From Spirochaetota bacterium (lineage in GTDB: Bacteria; Spirochaetota; UBA4802; UBA5550): 64,000 nucleotides of DNA. The notes below the pieces were generated by a model. That model did not search any database and was not told where the DNA came from. It worked only from the letters and a program-made list of their open reading frames with translations. Positions within the stretch are counted from its first letter, which is position 1. Each line of letters begins with the position of its first letter. This document shows, piece by piece, positions 28,597 through 38,670 of this stretch. The DNA lies in contig OY760686.1 in NCBI GenBank assembly GCA_963663865.1, positions 64,001 to 128,000 on the forward strand, given 5' to 3'. The translations under genes were made by a program, and so were the position numbers.

Positions 28597-30066
28597 ATGA
28601 CAGTCACCCTTCTGGTACCATTTTTGATCCTCTCGGCCTCCCTGCATCTGGCCCTCGGCTTCCTGTCGCTGAACCGCCGCTTTCCCTATTCGCGCTACGC
28701 GTTCATGGTTCTGTCCTCAATTGCCGTCTATCAATTAGGCTACAGCCTTGAGATATTATCCCCTGAGCTCCAGGAGAAGCTGTTCTGGTCAAAGGTCCAG
28801 TATATCGGCATACCTCTTATTCTGCTTTCCCTGTCTTTCTTCGTTACAGGATTCTCAAATATCGACAGAAAACCTTTTCCCGTATATGCCAAAATCCTGT
28901 GGATAATCCCGGTCTCAGTAACACTGCTCCGTTGGACCGACGAATGGCATGGCCTTGTGTACAGCAGCGTTAGGCTGATAGAATGGCAGGGCCATGATTT
29001 ACTCGATATCGAACCGGGCCCGGTTTACTGGTTCCAGATATGCATGCATTATTTCAACTCCCTTTTCTCCAGCTTTCTCATGTTCCGTTTTCTTAAAAAA
29101 AGCACCGGCGATCTTCTTAAAGGCAGCATTCTGCTGACTGCAATGACGCTGCTTCCATTTCTTGGCCTCTTCGCCTATGTCTTCCGCATAGGCCCCGTTG
29201 ACCCTTCGCCCTTTACTCTCGCTCTGGCCGGGCCTCTCTTCGCACGTGCGCTCTTCCAGCTCAGGCTCTTCTCCATCAGCCCGGTCGCCCGCGACACCGT
29301 GCTCGAGACCCTTGAAACCGGGGTGCTGGTCCTTGATAAAAAGCACAAAATTACTGACTTCAACCGCGCGTGGGAATCCATGCTTCCGTCAGCGCCAAAG
29401 TACCTGCTTGGCTCATCAATTGACCTTGTAATGCCGGAGCTGTCCGGACTGTTGTCCAATCACGATAACAGCAACAAGCCGGCATCCACCATCAAGATAA
29501 GTGGAAGACATTTTGACCTCGCGGTAAACACCCTTCCCAATGGCACGGGAAAGACAATCGCTTTCTATGAAACCACTCAACGCAAGGAACTCGAAAAGCG
29601 GCTGAGGTACCTGAGCTTTCACGATGCTCTCACCGGACTCTACAACCGCGCCTTTTTTAACGAAGAGCTGGACCGTGCACGCAAAAGCAGATCCTTCCCG
29701 GTAGGTTTCCTGGTTATCGATTTGAATGGGCTTAAGTCAGTCAATGACTCAAAAGGTCATGCCGCGGGTGACATCCTGATTCAGAAAGCCGCGGAGGCGA
29801 TACGAGCCCCTCTTCGCAGCCACGAGCTGGTAGCAAGGACGGGAGGCGACGAATTTCAGGTAATGATCCCCAACTGCACCGAATCAGCGCTGGCAGCGAT
29901 TCAGGAACGCATCTGTACCGATCTGTGCAGCTCAGCTGTCAGCGCCTCTTGCGGGGCCGCTATCGCTGTGAGCGAAGACGAAATTCCTGATGCCCTTGCG
30001 CTGGCTGACGCCAGGATGTACGAGGACAAGAACAGGGGAAGAGAAATACCTGAAGTACGCTTATAG
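28597..30066 (+). CDS. Diguanylate cyclase with HisKA_7TM-type sensor and PAS-like domain
   Basis: GYSLEILS..KLFWSKVQYIG, SPVARDTV, HDALTGLYNR, GGDEF; I-site position reads RSHE. Confidence 0.93.
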   Translation: MTVTLLVPFLILSASLHLALGFLSLNRRFPYSRYAFMVLSSIAVYQLGYSLEILSPELQEKLFWSKVQYIGIPLILLSLSFFVTGFSNIDRKPFPVYAKILWIIPVSVTLLRWTDEWHGLVYSSVRLIEWQGHDLLDIEPGPVYWFQICMHYFNSLFSSFLMFRFLKKSTGDLLKGSILLTAMTLLPFLGLFAYVFRIGPVDPSPFTLALAGPLFARALFQLRLFSISPVARDTVLETLETGVLVLDKKHKITDFNRAWESMLPSAPKYLLGSSIDLVMPELSGLLSNHDNSNKPASTIKISGRHFDLAVNTLPNGTGKTIAFYETTQRKELEKRLRYLSFHDALTGLYNRAFFNEELDRARKSRSFPVGFLVIDLNGLKSVNDSKGHAAGDILIQKAAEAIRAPLRSHELVARTGGDEFQVMIPNCTESALAAIQERICTDLCSSAVSASCGAAIAVSEDEIPDALALADARMYEDKNRGREIPEVRL

Positions 30067-30117
30067 TCCAGTATAGCTCCTATTATAGTCCTATTGTAGT
30101 CCTATCGTGGTCCTATC
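30061..30117. repeat. Degenerate 11-bp tandem repeat, about 5 copies (TTATAGTCCTA)
   Basis: TTATAGTCCAG TATAGCTCCTA TTATAGTCCTA TTGTAGTCCTA TCGTGGTCCTA. Confidence 0.7.
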
Positions 30118-30283
30118 TCAATCCAGCGGGATGCACATTCCGACCGCTTTTCCCCGGTCTTGTCTGTGGGGTTATTTTTAGCACACTTTTTTGTCTGATA
30201 TCGCGCAGCAGATATGCGCGCTACCAATGCTATTGCTGTCGAGGTTGATATAATTCATTCAGTACCCCCATATTATTCCACAC

Positions 30284-31546
30284 TTACAATACGGTCAGTT
30301 TTGATTCAATCAGATCATTTGCCTGACCTTTTCCCACCGGCCAGGCGGCTGTTCGGTCGCGCCCGGAAGTCTTTGCCTCGTACAGGGCAGCATCGGCCGC
30401 GGCCTGCATCTGCTCCATGTCAGAGAAGGATGAGTCATTCCAGCAGATTCCGATACTCACTGTAATTCTGACATCCTGGTACGGGGCTTCAAATCGCATA
30501 ATCCTTACCTTCTCCCTGATTCTGCCTGCAGCGTCCGTCAGGGTTTCCCGTGTGACCCCTGACATAAACAGGACAAACTCCTCGCCTCCGTACCTTGCCA
30601 GTCGATCCAGTGAGCGCAGCGACTGCTGAATGGTGGCGGCCGTCTTCGCGATAGCTGTATCTCCAAACTGATGTCCGTAGGTATCATTTATCGGCTTGAA
30701 ATGGTCGATATCGATCATCATCACGCCGTCCCCCTTCATGATACGTGACGGGCACACCTTCGAGAACCACCGCCTGTTGCCAATCCCGGTCAGCACGTCG
30801 GTTTCCGAGGCCACTCTAAGCCGCTCCTCGATCCTGTCTTTGACCACCCCGTATGTGTAGATTATCATTAAAAAGTTGATAAACAGCTGAAGCGTAAAGC
30901 CGTACTTAAGCGCGTTTACATATGAATCGGCAAATATAAGGTGCCCTGCCACCAGAAGAAAGGCCGCTGAACCCGAGGCAAGTACTATTGACAGCACCAG
31001 ACGCGATGGAACTGGATCAAGGCGGCGGTTATAAAAAAGAGCCACAGAAGATAAAAGCAGGGAAACCCCCGCTGTAATGTGGAACACGGCTGAGCGTACC
31101 CTGTCATTAAGCCATATTTCAGTAAACAGTGAAACCGCCGTAACTGCCAGAAATAGAACGGCAATCAGATGAATGCTGTAACGGGTACGTTTAAGCGCCA
31201 ACCCCCTGAAGCCGATTACGAGAAGAGGATAGCCCGTTACTCCGAGAAACATCGTGACAACAGTCCAATGGGCATGAGACAGCTTCTGGTGCATCCCCAT
31301 CCCCGCAACAACTGAACCAATTCCTATAAAAAAATAAGATGCAGCGAGCTGACGCAGTGCTGTTCGTTCAACAGCACGTACCGAAAGCTGGAGAAAGAGG
31401 ACAACACCCGCCAAAAGGACGGTGTAGTATATTGATACTATGGTCGGCAGATGCAATTCATTCCCCCTTAAAACAGTCAATGCTGTCATTTCCTGCGTTT
31501 CAATCCGTGCTCTAAGATTTTGTTTATACGAAATTTTTATTAACAA
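30284..31546 (-). CDS. Membrane-bound diguanylate cyclase (GGDEF)
   Basis: TM N-terminus; DVLTGIGNRR, DIDHFKPINDTYGH, RSLD I-site, GGEEF; start uncertain. Confidence 0.92.
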   Translation of the reverse strand: MLIKISYKQNLRARIETQEMTALTVLRGNELHLPTIVSIYYTVLLAGVVLFLQLSVRAVERTALRQLAASYFFIGIGSVVAGMGMHQKLSHAHWTVVTMFLGVTGYPLLVIGFRGLALKRTRYSIHLIAVLFLAVTAVSLFTEIWLNDRVRSAVFHITAGVSLLLSSVALFYNRRLDPVPSRLVLSIVLASGSAAFLLVAGHLIFADSYVNALKYGFTLQLFINFLMIIYTYGVVKDRIEERLRVASETDVLTGIGNRRWFSKVCPSRIMKGDGVMMIDIDHFKPINDTYGHQFGDTAIAKTAATIQQSLRSLDRLARYGGEEFVLFMSGVTRETLTDAAGRIREKVRIMRFEAPYQDVRITVSIGICWNDSSFSDMEQMQAAADAALYEAKTSGRDRTAAWPVGKGQANDLIESKLTVL

Positions 31547-32032
31547 AAAATAGCATAAAAAAACAATAATTATTCCTGCTGCTCAAAAAAAACTCATGCC
31601 TCACATGTTAGCTGCAACTCCCAAAATTTTTCTTGATATTTAGCTTATATTGTGTTCATAATGCAGTTACTGTAGTAGTTCATGACAGCCTTCTCTCGAT
31701 ACATAATTCGGAAAGGGATATATGACTGAGATGACGGAAAGCGCCGACCCAAACTCACTGCCCGGCACGGGGTTCTTCCGCGTGTCAGGATGGCCGCCCG
31801 GAGGCCCGGCCTGTTTCCAATGCCGGCATCATCCTCAGGTTATGCGCGCCCTTCCCCTGCTCCGCCGGCCGGCGGCTTTACGAAAATGCCAGACTTCTCC
31901 TCAGAGCCATTATCCACCCCACAAATGCACATCAACCTGCGGACCCGGAGACGGACAGCCCGTTCAGCAATACCGTGTCCGCCGCTTAAGCAATACGCCG
32001 CAGCTCAATAAAACAATCAACAGGGGGTTTAT

Positions 32033-32521
32033 ATGATAAGACCGGTCGTGCAGGAGGACATTCAAAGCATATGTGACATCTATAACTACTATGTGAAGAA
32101 CACGGCTGTGACCTTCGAGGAGTCAGAGGTGACTCCGTCTGAGATGGAAGAGCGGATTAAAAAGGTTACCCCGGCTCTTCCCTGGCTTGTCTATGAAAAA
32201 GACGGCAGCGTTGCCGCTTTCGCCTATGCGGACAGGTGGAAGGGACGTTCAGCGTACAGGTTCTCTGCCGAATCTACCGTCTATGTAGCAAAGGAGCTTA
32301 CCGGCAACGGAATAGGAACAGAGCTTTTCAGCAACCTCATCAAAGAGCTGAAAAAAACCGGAACCCACGCCGTTATAGCAGGCCTTTCACTCCCTAATGA
32401 AAAAAGCCAGAAAATGCACGAAAAGCTCGGATTCAAAAAGGTAGCTCATTTCAATGAGGTCGGATTCAAATTCAACAAGTGGTTCGACCTCGGCTACTGG
32501 CAGGCTGTAATAAATAATTGA
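32033..32521 (+). CDS. GNAT N-acetyltransferase (phosphinothricin/methionine-sulfoximine acetyltransferase type)
   Basis: IYNYYVKNTAVTFEE, RSAYRFSAESTVY, GNGIG, PNEKSQKMHEKLGF, VGFKFNKWFD. Confidence 0.92.
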   Translation: MIRPVVQEDIQSICDIYNYYVKNTAVTFEESEVTPSEMEERIKKVTPALPWLVYEKDGSVAAFAYADRWKGRSAYRFSAESTVYVAKELTGNGIGTELFSNLIKELKKTGTHAVIAGLSLPNEKSQKMHEKLGFKKVAHFNEVGFKFNKWFDLGYWQAVINN

Positions 32522-32573
32522 ACTGTCCGCCGCTGGCAATACGGCGGACACAATCGGCTGAGTCGGGACTGCC

Positions 32574-34211
32574 CTACTGCCAGGCTCCGATACTCCAGCC
32601 TCCTGCGCCAGCGGCCGGCCTGGCGTTTCCGCCAAGATCCATGGGAATGTCTGTGGCTTCATCTCTTGGGAATTCCGGCCAGCCAGCGTCCAGGCCGTTA
32701 ATGCCGCCTGACAAAGCAGATTCAGGCGAGTTTTCCGTAAGCATATAGCTTTCACCTGTCAGCACAGGATCCGCAGCGATGTTGCCTGAAATCTCTGTAC
32801 CGCCATTTTGATAGGCGCCGGTCTCCATTGACTCAATATCGCTCCAATCCTCACCGGTGCTGTTATGGTAAAGCACCAGGGCATTGTGAAAGATATTGTT
32901 CTTCACAGCTACCGGGTCGTCGCCGGTGTAAGAGCCCTCGTATATGCCATATGTTGAAGCCCCGCCGGTGAAATAAAAAATGTTGTTATAAAGCTCAGGT
33001 CCCTTTGTATATGCCGTTGTGACTCCGTACACCGTGTTAACTGCTCCAAGAACGAATGTGTTATTAGCCACCATCGGGGAGTAAACGCTCCCGAGCCCTA
33101 TTGCTGTAGGGGCATCAGAAGAATTCGCTATAATCAGATTATTGTACAGGTATACATTTCCTGAGCCGTTTTGAGCGGAGATTCCAGTATTCGATCCAGT
33201 CCCGCCAGTAGTCTCTACGGTACACCCTTCGACTAATACCGAAACAGCACCAGATATTTTCATGCCCATGGAGTACTGAGTGTTCCCCCCGTACACCTCA
33301 CAGTGTACTATCCTTGGACTGCCCCCCGTGATTGAGAGGCCATAAGCGGTATTCGAGGCATTCCCGCCGCCCAGGACACAGTCCCGAATTACTGGCGATC
33401 CCGATGTTGTTATAGATGTGGATATTGTCACGCCGGAATCGGATGCCCCGTTTATCTCAAGTCCATCTATTACAGTTGATGATGTGGCCGTCGAAGGAAT
33501 AGTGACAGCCGCCTTTGGAGTCATTGGGCCCATGACTCCCCCCTCTGTGCTTGTATCGGTCAGGACTGACCTGTATTGATTTCTGTCTCGTGACCAGTCA
33601 GAGGAATAACCTCCAAAAAGAGAAACGCCGTTATCGGGCATCGTGATTCCCATAGTAGTATACCGACCCTGAGCAATCCTTATACTAACGCCTGAAACAG
33701 CCTTCGATACAGCGAAATCAATCGTAGCAAATGGACTGTCCGATTCACCTGTGCCGCCGGCATCATCACCCAGAGTGGAAACAAAAATATCACCTGTCAC
33801 AAGAAGTATTCCGCCTGTTTTTAATATATCGGTTGAAACCTCGCCATAAGAAGCGTTCACGCTTACCTTCCCTTCAGTTGTTCCTGCTATTACGGTCCCG
33901 GGAGCAGCTCCTGTCTCAGCGTTTCCTGATACAGTCCAGACAGCAGAATCAGTTACGTCCTCTTTCGTCCCATCAGTGTGGCTGACTACCGCTCTGAACT
34001 TGTACTCTCTCCCAAAGGATACAGCTGCCTCTGAAGGGATTACGCTGAGAACAGAACCCTCAGGAAGCACGCCTGAATCATCATCGTCAGCCGGTGTCGT
34101 TCCGTCTGTATTGTCCTCAACAACCGGCGGTTCCGGGAAAATCTCATTTCTCTCACAGCCGAACAGAAAGACTGAAGAGATTATCATCATTACAAGAGCA
34201 ACTTTTTTCAT
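32574..34211 (-). CDS. Lipoprotein with Ig-like domain and right-handed beta-helix (DUF1565-like)
   Basis: Lipobox LFGC; DGTKEDVT..AVW; FVSTLGDD..PFATI, GVSLFGGY, repeated NN/G-rich beta-helix turns. Confidence 0.8.
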   Translation of the reverse strand: MKKVALVMMIISSVFLFGCERNEIFPEPPVVEDNTDGTTPADDDDSGVLPEGSVLSVIPSEAAVSFGREYKFRAVVSHTDGTKEDVTDSAVWTVSGNAETGAAPGTVIAGTTEGKVSVNASYGEVSTDILKTGGILLVTGDIFVSTLGDDAGGTGESDSPFATIDFAVSKAVSGVSIRIAQGRYTTMGITMPDNGVSLFGGYSSDWSRDRNQYRSVLTDTSTEGGVMGPMTPKAAVTIPSTATSSTVIDGLEINGASDSGVTISTSITTSGSPVIRDCVLGGGNASNTAYGLSITGGSPRIVHCEVYGGNTQYSMGMKISGAVSVLVEGCTVETTGGTGSNTGISAQNGSGNVYLYNNLIIANSSDAPTAIGLGSVYSPMVANNTFVLGAVNTVYGVTTAYTKGPELYNNIFYFTGGASTYGIYEGSYTGDDPVAVKNNIFHNALVLYHNSTGEDWSDIESMETGAYQNGGTEISGNIAADPVLTGESYMLTENSPESALSGGINGLDAGWPEFPRDEATDIPMDLGGNARPAAGAGGWSIGAWQ

Positions 34212-34430
34212 CAGTTAGACCTGCTATTCATCATGGATTATGAAACTCAATCTCTGTTAAATATATATAAAAAACATTAACCCGGAAAGCTTTTTCAGCG
34301 CTTTTATAATGCCATTAAAGTATACATATTCATCCCTTTTAAAAAAAACTCTTCTCAAACTCGTGTTAAAGCATTATAATCCGTACCATACAGAGTCGGG
34401 ACCTGTAATAGACCATTCACGGAGACGACA

Positions 34431-36341
34431 ATGAAATTCTCATTCAGAAACATGAAACTGGCCAACAGACTGATTTTTTCTCAGGCAGCTTTCACAATAG
34501 TACTGCTGACTCTACTCGCGTTTCTCGCCGGCCAACTTATTAAACACCGATTCACCAGCCAGGGTGTTAAGGAAATGACGGACCTCAATAGACGAATAAT
34601 TGACATGATTGATGTCTACAATATGAAGCTCAAGGAACACGCTGAATCTCTGGGCAATGTGTTCATTAATTACGGAGTAAGAGAGACCGAAAACCGCGAA
34701 GTTCTTCAGACGGCCATCGACAGATACACCCGTTCAACAGGGGCGGTCGCGACATTTTTCGTCAGGCGTGGAGACGACTTTCTCAGAGTCAGCACATCGC
34801 TGAGGAAACAGGACGGGACAAGAGCCGTAGGCACACTGCTTGACAGAAAGCATCCAGGTTACGCTAACGTCCTGGCGGGATTAAGCTATACAGGCCCCGC
34901 AGTTCTCTTCGGCAGAAACTATATGACACACTACCTGCCGGTTAAAAACAAAACAGGAATAGCCGGCATATATTTCATAGGAATTGACTTTACCGAAGGC
35001 GTAAGAAACCTGAAGGATAAAATCAGAACGATTGAGGTAGCATCGACAGGATTTATCAGCATAATAGAAGGCCCCGGCAGCGACAATGCCGGCAGCTGCA
35101 TTGTCCACAAGTCAAAAGATCTGGAAGGTACCAATCTATCCCATTTACGCGATATCGATGGAGAGGAATACATCAAGACCATGATCGGCAAAAAAAACGG
35201 CACACTGCAGCTTCAACTTAACAGAAACGAAACAGACCGGATAGCAGGGAACGTAATAACCGCTTTCAACTACTATGAACCTTGGAACTGGGTTATTGCT
35301 TCAAACGCCGAGGAATCCAGACTGATTGCTTCAGGGACTACACTCCGTGATTTTATTTTCGCTGGTTTTCTCATCTGCTGCTGCCTGCTTCTCATGGTGT
35401 TGTTAATATCGGTTAAAAGGATTATAATCGTCCGATTCAGAAAGTTGATCAAGATGGCTGAGAATTTGGGCGCCGGCGCCGGTGACCTCACTGTCCGTCT
35501 TGATGAAGCCGGCAGCGACGAAATCGCTGAGATGTCCGCCGGCTTTAACCGGTTTCTCGAAGGATTCGAGCATATGGTTAAGGATATTCTGGCCGAATCC
35601 CGAAGTCTCGTCCGCTCAGTTGAAGCAATCAATCAGGGAAATCAGAGCCTGTCGCAGCGCACAACCGAGCAGTCCTCCAGCCTTGAAGAGATTGCCTCCA
35701 CCATTGAAGACACGCTAAGCTCACTCACAAAAATGACCGAAAGCGCTTCAACCGCTAATAAGTTCATGTCAGAACAGGTTGAACGTGCTGAGGAAGGCAA
35801 CTCTGTAGCTGCAGCGGCTGTAGAAGCAATCAATGAGATAAATACTTCCAGCAGTAAAATAATGGAGATTCTGAACCTGATCAGAGAGATTACATTTCAA
35901 ACGAACCTTCTGTCCCTTAACGCGGCGGTAGAAGCCGCCCGGGCCGGTGAACACGGGAGAGGTTTCGCTATAGTCGCCGGAGAAGTTCGCAACCTCGCGC
36001 ACCGCTCCGCAACAGCCGCCTCCGACATCGAAAAAATTATTAGCGACTCAATTGAAAAAATCAGCATTGGCACCACCATGATCCAAAAAACATCAGAAGC
36101 TCTCACCACCATAGCGGCTTCCGTTAAGGAGATATCAGGCATCATTTCTGAAGTCAGCAGGACATCCTCCGAACAGAAACAGGAGATGGCCCAGATCAAC
36201 TCGGGAGTATCGGAGATAGACAAAACAACCCAGCAAAACGCGGCCCTGGTCGAAGAAACCGCGTCACTGTCTGAAGAGATGTTCGAAAGGGCAAAAAAGC
36301 TTATGAATATGCTGGAATCTTTCCATGTGAGCGCGGGGTGA
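34431..36341 (+). CDS. Methyl-accepting chemotaxis protein (Cache sensor, HAMP)
   Basis: [58 protein letters not shown]. Confidence 0.95.
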   Translation: MKFSFRNMKLANRLIFSQAAFTIVLLTLLAFLAGQLIKHRFTSQGVKEMTDLNRRIIDMIDVYNMKLKEHAESLGNVFINYGVRETENREVLQTAIDRYTRSTGAVATFFVRRGDDFLRVSTSLRKQDGTRAVGTLLDRKHPGYANVLAGLSYTGPAVLFGRNYMTHYLPVKNKTGIAGIYFIGIDFTEGVRNLKDKIRTIEVASTGFISIIEGPGSDNAGSCIVHKSKDLEGTNLSHLRDIDGEEYIKTMIGKKNGTLQLQLNRNETDRIAGNVITAFNYYEPWNWVIASNAEESRLIASGTTLRDFIFAGFLICCCLLLMVLLISVKRIIIVRFRKLIKMAENLGAGAGDLTVRLDEAGSDEIAEMSAGFNRFLEGFEHMVKDILAESRSLVRSVEAINQGNQSLSQRTTEQSSSLEEIASTIEDTLSSLTKMTESASTANKFMSEQVERAEEGNSVAAAAVEAINEINTSSSKIMEILNLIREITFQTNLLSLNAAVEAARAGEHGRGFAIVAGEVRNLAHRSATAASDIEKIISDSIEKISIGTTMIQKTSEALTTIAASVKEISGIISEVSRTSSEQKQEMAQINSGVSEIDKTTQQNAALVEETASLSEEMFERAKKLMNMLESFHVSAG

Positions 36342-36373
36342 GATATTTCCCCCCGCCCCGCTTACTGAGATAT

Positions 36374-37207
36374 CTACACCTGCCCTGAAGTTATCTCTCC
36401 GGCAGGAAGCTTTGATTTAGAATCACTCAACTCAGGGATTTCATTCATCGCGAGGGTAGCTCCCACAGTCGCGATGATCGACGTGAAACCGGCAAGCATA
36501 ACTCCGATAAAAGGAATCATCAGGGTAAATGAGAATATCATCCCGTTAGCGACAGCCACACCCCTGTTTTTGCTTACTATCCTTACACTCTCTCTGACAG
36601 AAAGGCCTTTTCTCTCACAGGTATAGTACATGTTCGTAAAGCCGTAGTAGTACGATGTAATCAGAAAATATAGTATAAAGGTCACAGGGCTTATCAGCTG
36701 CCCTATCAACGGGAGCAGCGTGACAATAAAAATGAGTATTGTTACTCCGAACTGGACAAGCATATTTCGCACTGTAATCAGTATACCTCGCCAGATATCG
36801 ACAAGGAGCTTTGAAAAGCTGAATGGATAGTCGACCCCTTTTACTATAGCCTCAGTTCTCTCACTCACCCACGCAAAAACCGGTGCAAGAATAATTAGAA
36901 GTATATAGCCGCTTACATAAGCAAAGATGAAAAAATAGATAATCTTCAGGAAAAACTGCACAAGCCCGCCAACAAGACCGAGCAGGAACCCGATCAGCCA
37001 TGACTGATCCGGGCTGAAAAGGAAGGAGTCAATCTTTCCGCTGATCATCTCACCGACATAGCCGATCAGAGAAAAGCCCGCGTAATACAACCCCACGCTC
37101 AGGAAAAGCGGGATCAGAAAAACCCACCAGATATTATTTCTAAAGATAAAGGGTATCGCCTTGAAAAAGCTGTTAAACCCGCTGGAAAACCCGTTAAAGT
37201 ATTTCAT
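36374..37207 (-). CDS. EI24/CysZ family membrane protein
   Basis: APVFAWVSERTE, multiple TM helices, YYYGF..YY. Confidence 0.8.
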   Translation of the reverse strand: MKYFNGFSSGFNSFFKAIPFIFRNNIWWVFLIPLFLSVGLYYAGFSLIGYVGEMISGKIDSFLFSPDQSWLIGFLLGLVGGLVQFFLKIIYFFIFAYVSGYILLIILAPVFAWVSERTEAIVKGVDYPFSFSKLLVDIWRGILITVRNMLVQFGVTILIFIVTLLPLIGQLISPVTFILYFLITSYYYGFTNMYYTCERKGLSVRESVRIVSKNRGVAVANGMIFSFTLMIPFIGVMLAGFTSIIATVGATLAMNEIPELSDSKSKLPAGEITSGQV

Positions 37208-37301
37208 TATAAACCCCGTTTTCTGTTTTGGTATAATATCACTGGCAAGCTAATCACAATCAGCATTTAAATCGCAAGAAAATTTTCTTTCTGAGCAAGC
37301 G

Positions 37302-37339
37302 GACGGTTCTCGTTATTCCACCCGACGGTTCTCGTTATT
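37302..37339. repeat. 16-bp direct duplication GACGGTTCTCGTTATT
   Basis: Exact copies at 37302-37317 and 37324-37339. Confidence 0.7.
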
Positions 37340-37733
37340 AGACGGGCCGGTCTCGTAACACGCGGTAATACATTATTTCAGCGGCAAGCATTATCACGGA
37401 GGGAATGAAGACAACAGCAAATATTATTATCCCAGAGGATAGAAGCAAAAGTTCCAGCAGGATAAATATTCCGGAATATATAATCGAGGGGATCAGCGCC
37501 CATCGTTTTCCAAGAAATATCATGATGGTTGCAATGAGCATAAAGACACAGAGAGGCAAATAGACGGCGGCAGCAACCGCAATCAGGATGCCGGCCATTA
37601 TCCCCATTTCGCCGGCAATAAAACCCTCAAAGCTGAGCTTGACCAGAAGGGCAAAGAAAACCAGCATGACTAAAGACTTAAAAACAGCTGAAGCATAAAC
37701 CACAAGCCTCAGCCGCCTGACATGAAAATTCAT
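37338..37733 (-). CDS. Hypothetical four-TM membrane protein
   Basis: GGAG RBS; four hydrophobic helices. Confidence 0.65.
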   Translation of the reverse strand: MNFHVRRLRLVVYASAVFKSLVMLVFFALLVKLSFEGFIAGEMGIMAGILIAVAAAVYLPLCVFMLIATIMIFLGKRWALIPSIIYSGIFILLELLLLSSGIIIFAVVFIPSVIMLAAEIMYYRVLRDRPV

Positions 37734-37925
37734 TCACTACATCTCCAGGATTTATCCAGACAGACTGGCTGACCGCTCCGGAATCCATAAAACCTGTACC
37801 GTTTTACACAGAAATGCACCGTCACACAAACTCCTTGCATTACGGTCAAAAGGCCAGGTCTCTCATATGACATAAAGCTGCCGCACAGCCCCCCCCGATG
37901 GCAGATCTGCGCGGTCACTTAGCAA

Positions 37926-38147
37926 TTAACCGAAAGAGGCAAGAATCCCCGCGACCCTCGCTGTTTCACCGGGAAACAGATCAGCAGGAACATTCGCCGA
38001 GCCTGCTGCCAGAAACACCTGATGCCGAGCGCATCCCGAGCAATCGCCCAGACAGTACTTGTCCTTGAGCATTTGTGCTGTCGAGGGCAGACCGGACATC
38101 CGGTCATTAAAGAAAGGACAATTGGGTAGACATTCACATTCTGCCAT
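37926..38147 (-). CDS. Small Cys-rich putative metal-binding protein
   Basis: GGAGG RBS; CECLPNCPFF...YCLGDCSGCAR...VPADLFP. Confidence 0.8.
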   Translation of the reverse strand: MAECECLPNCPFFNDRMSGLPSTAQMLKDKYCLGDCSGCARHQVFLAAGSANVPADLFPGETARVAGILASFG

Positions 38148-38213
38148 ATCCGCCTCCGTAAAGATTTATTTAATACGGATGCCGCAGGGAAGTGTCTGAA
38201 CCGGCCTCTTCAG

Positions 38214-38420
38214 TTATTTTGCGCACTCGCTGTAGCATTTCTCCTTGGCGGCCTGACAGGCAGCTTTTTTCACTTCACTGTCACCGGCCTTGTTCATGCA
38301 GTCTTTGCAAGCCTCGTCGCAGCCGGCACGGCATGCCATGACCTTAGGATCAACTGAAGCGCAACCCGTTAGTGATAGCAAAAGTCCCAGAGTAAAGAGA
38401 GAAAAAAGTAACCTTTTCAT
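38214..38420 (-). CDS. Small Cys-rich lipoprotein
   Basis: GGAGG RBS; lipobox LTGC; CxxxCxxxCxxC...CxxxxxxCxxxC. Confidence 0.75.
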   Translation of the reverse strand: MKRLLFSLFTLGLLLSLTGCASVDPKVMACRAGCDEACKDCMNKAGDSEVKKAACQAAKEKCYSECAK

Positions 38421-38670
38421 AAAAATCCTCCGTTTTTGGTATTCATGGAAAACTCCACGCTTATTGTTACACAAATGCATTATAATGTCAAGAAAGATGC
38501 CCTGTTTAAAATGAAACAATAAATGATTCAATTTTATTCTTGTTACATTTCAAGTTACCCTCTATAATCCAATACGCAGTTAAATTTCGACATAATAATT
38601 AGCGAAATCGCACGGCTGCACATTTTTTGCTCACTTTCTCTTCTCATACGCAATAGAACAGAGGATAAAG

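Noticed and set aside
37730-38137. ORFs 37730-37918 and 37919-38137
   Set aside because: The second is an alternative frame of the Cys-rich gene 37926-38147; the first has a GTG start, no clear RBS and no recognisable features.
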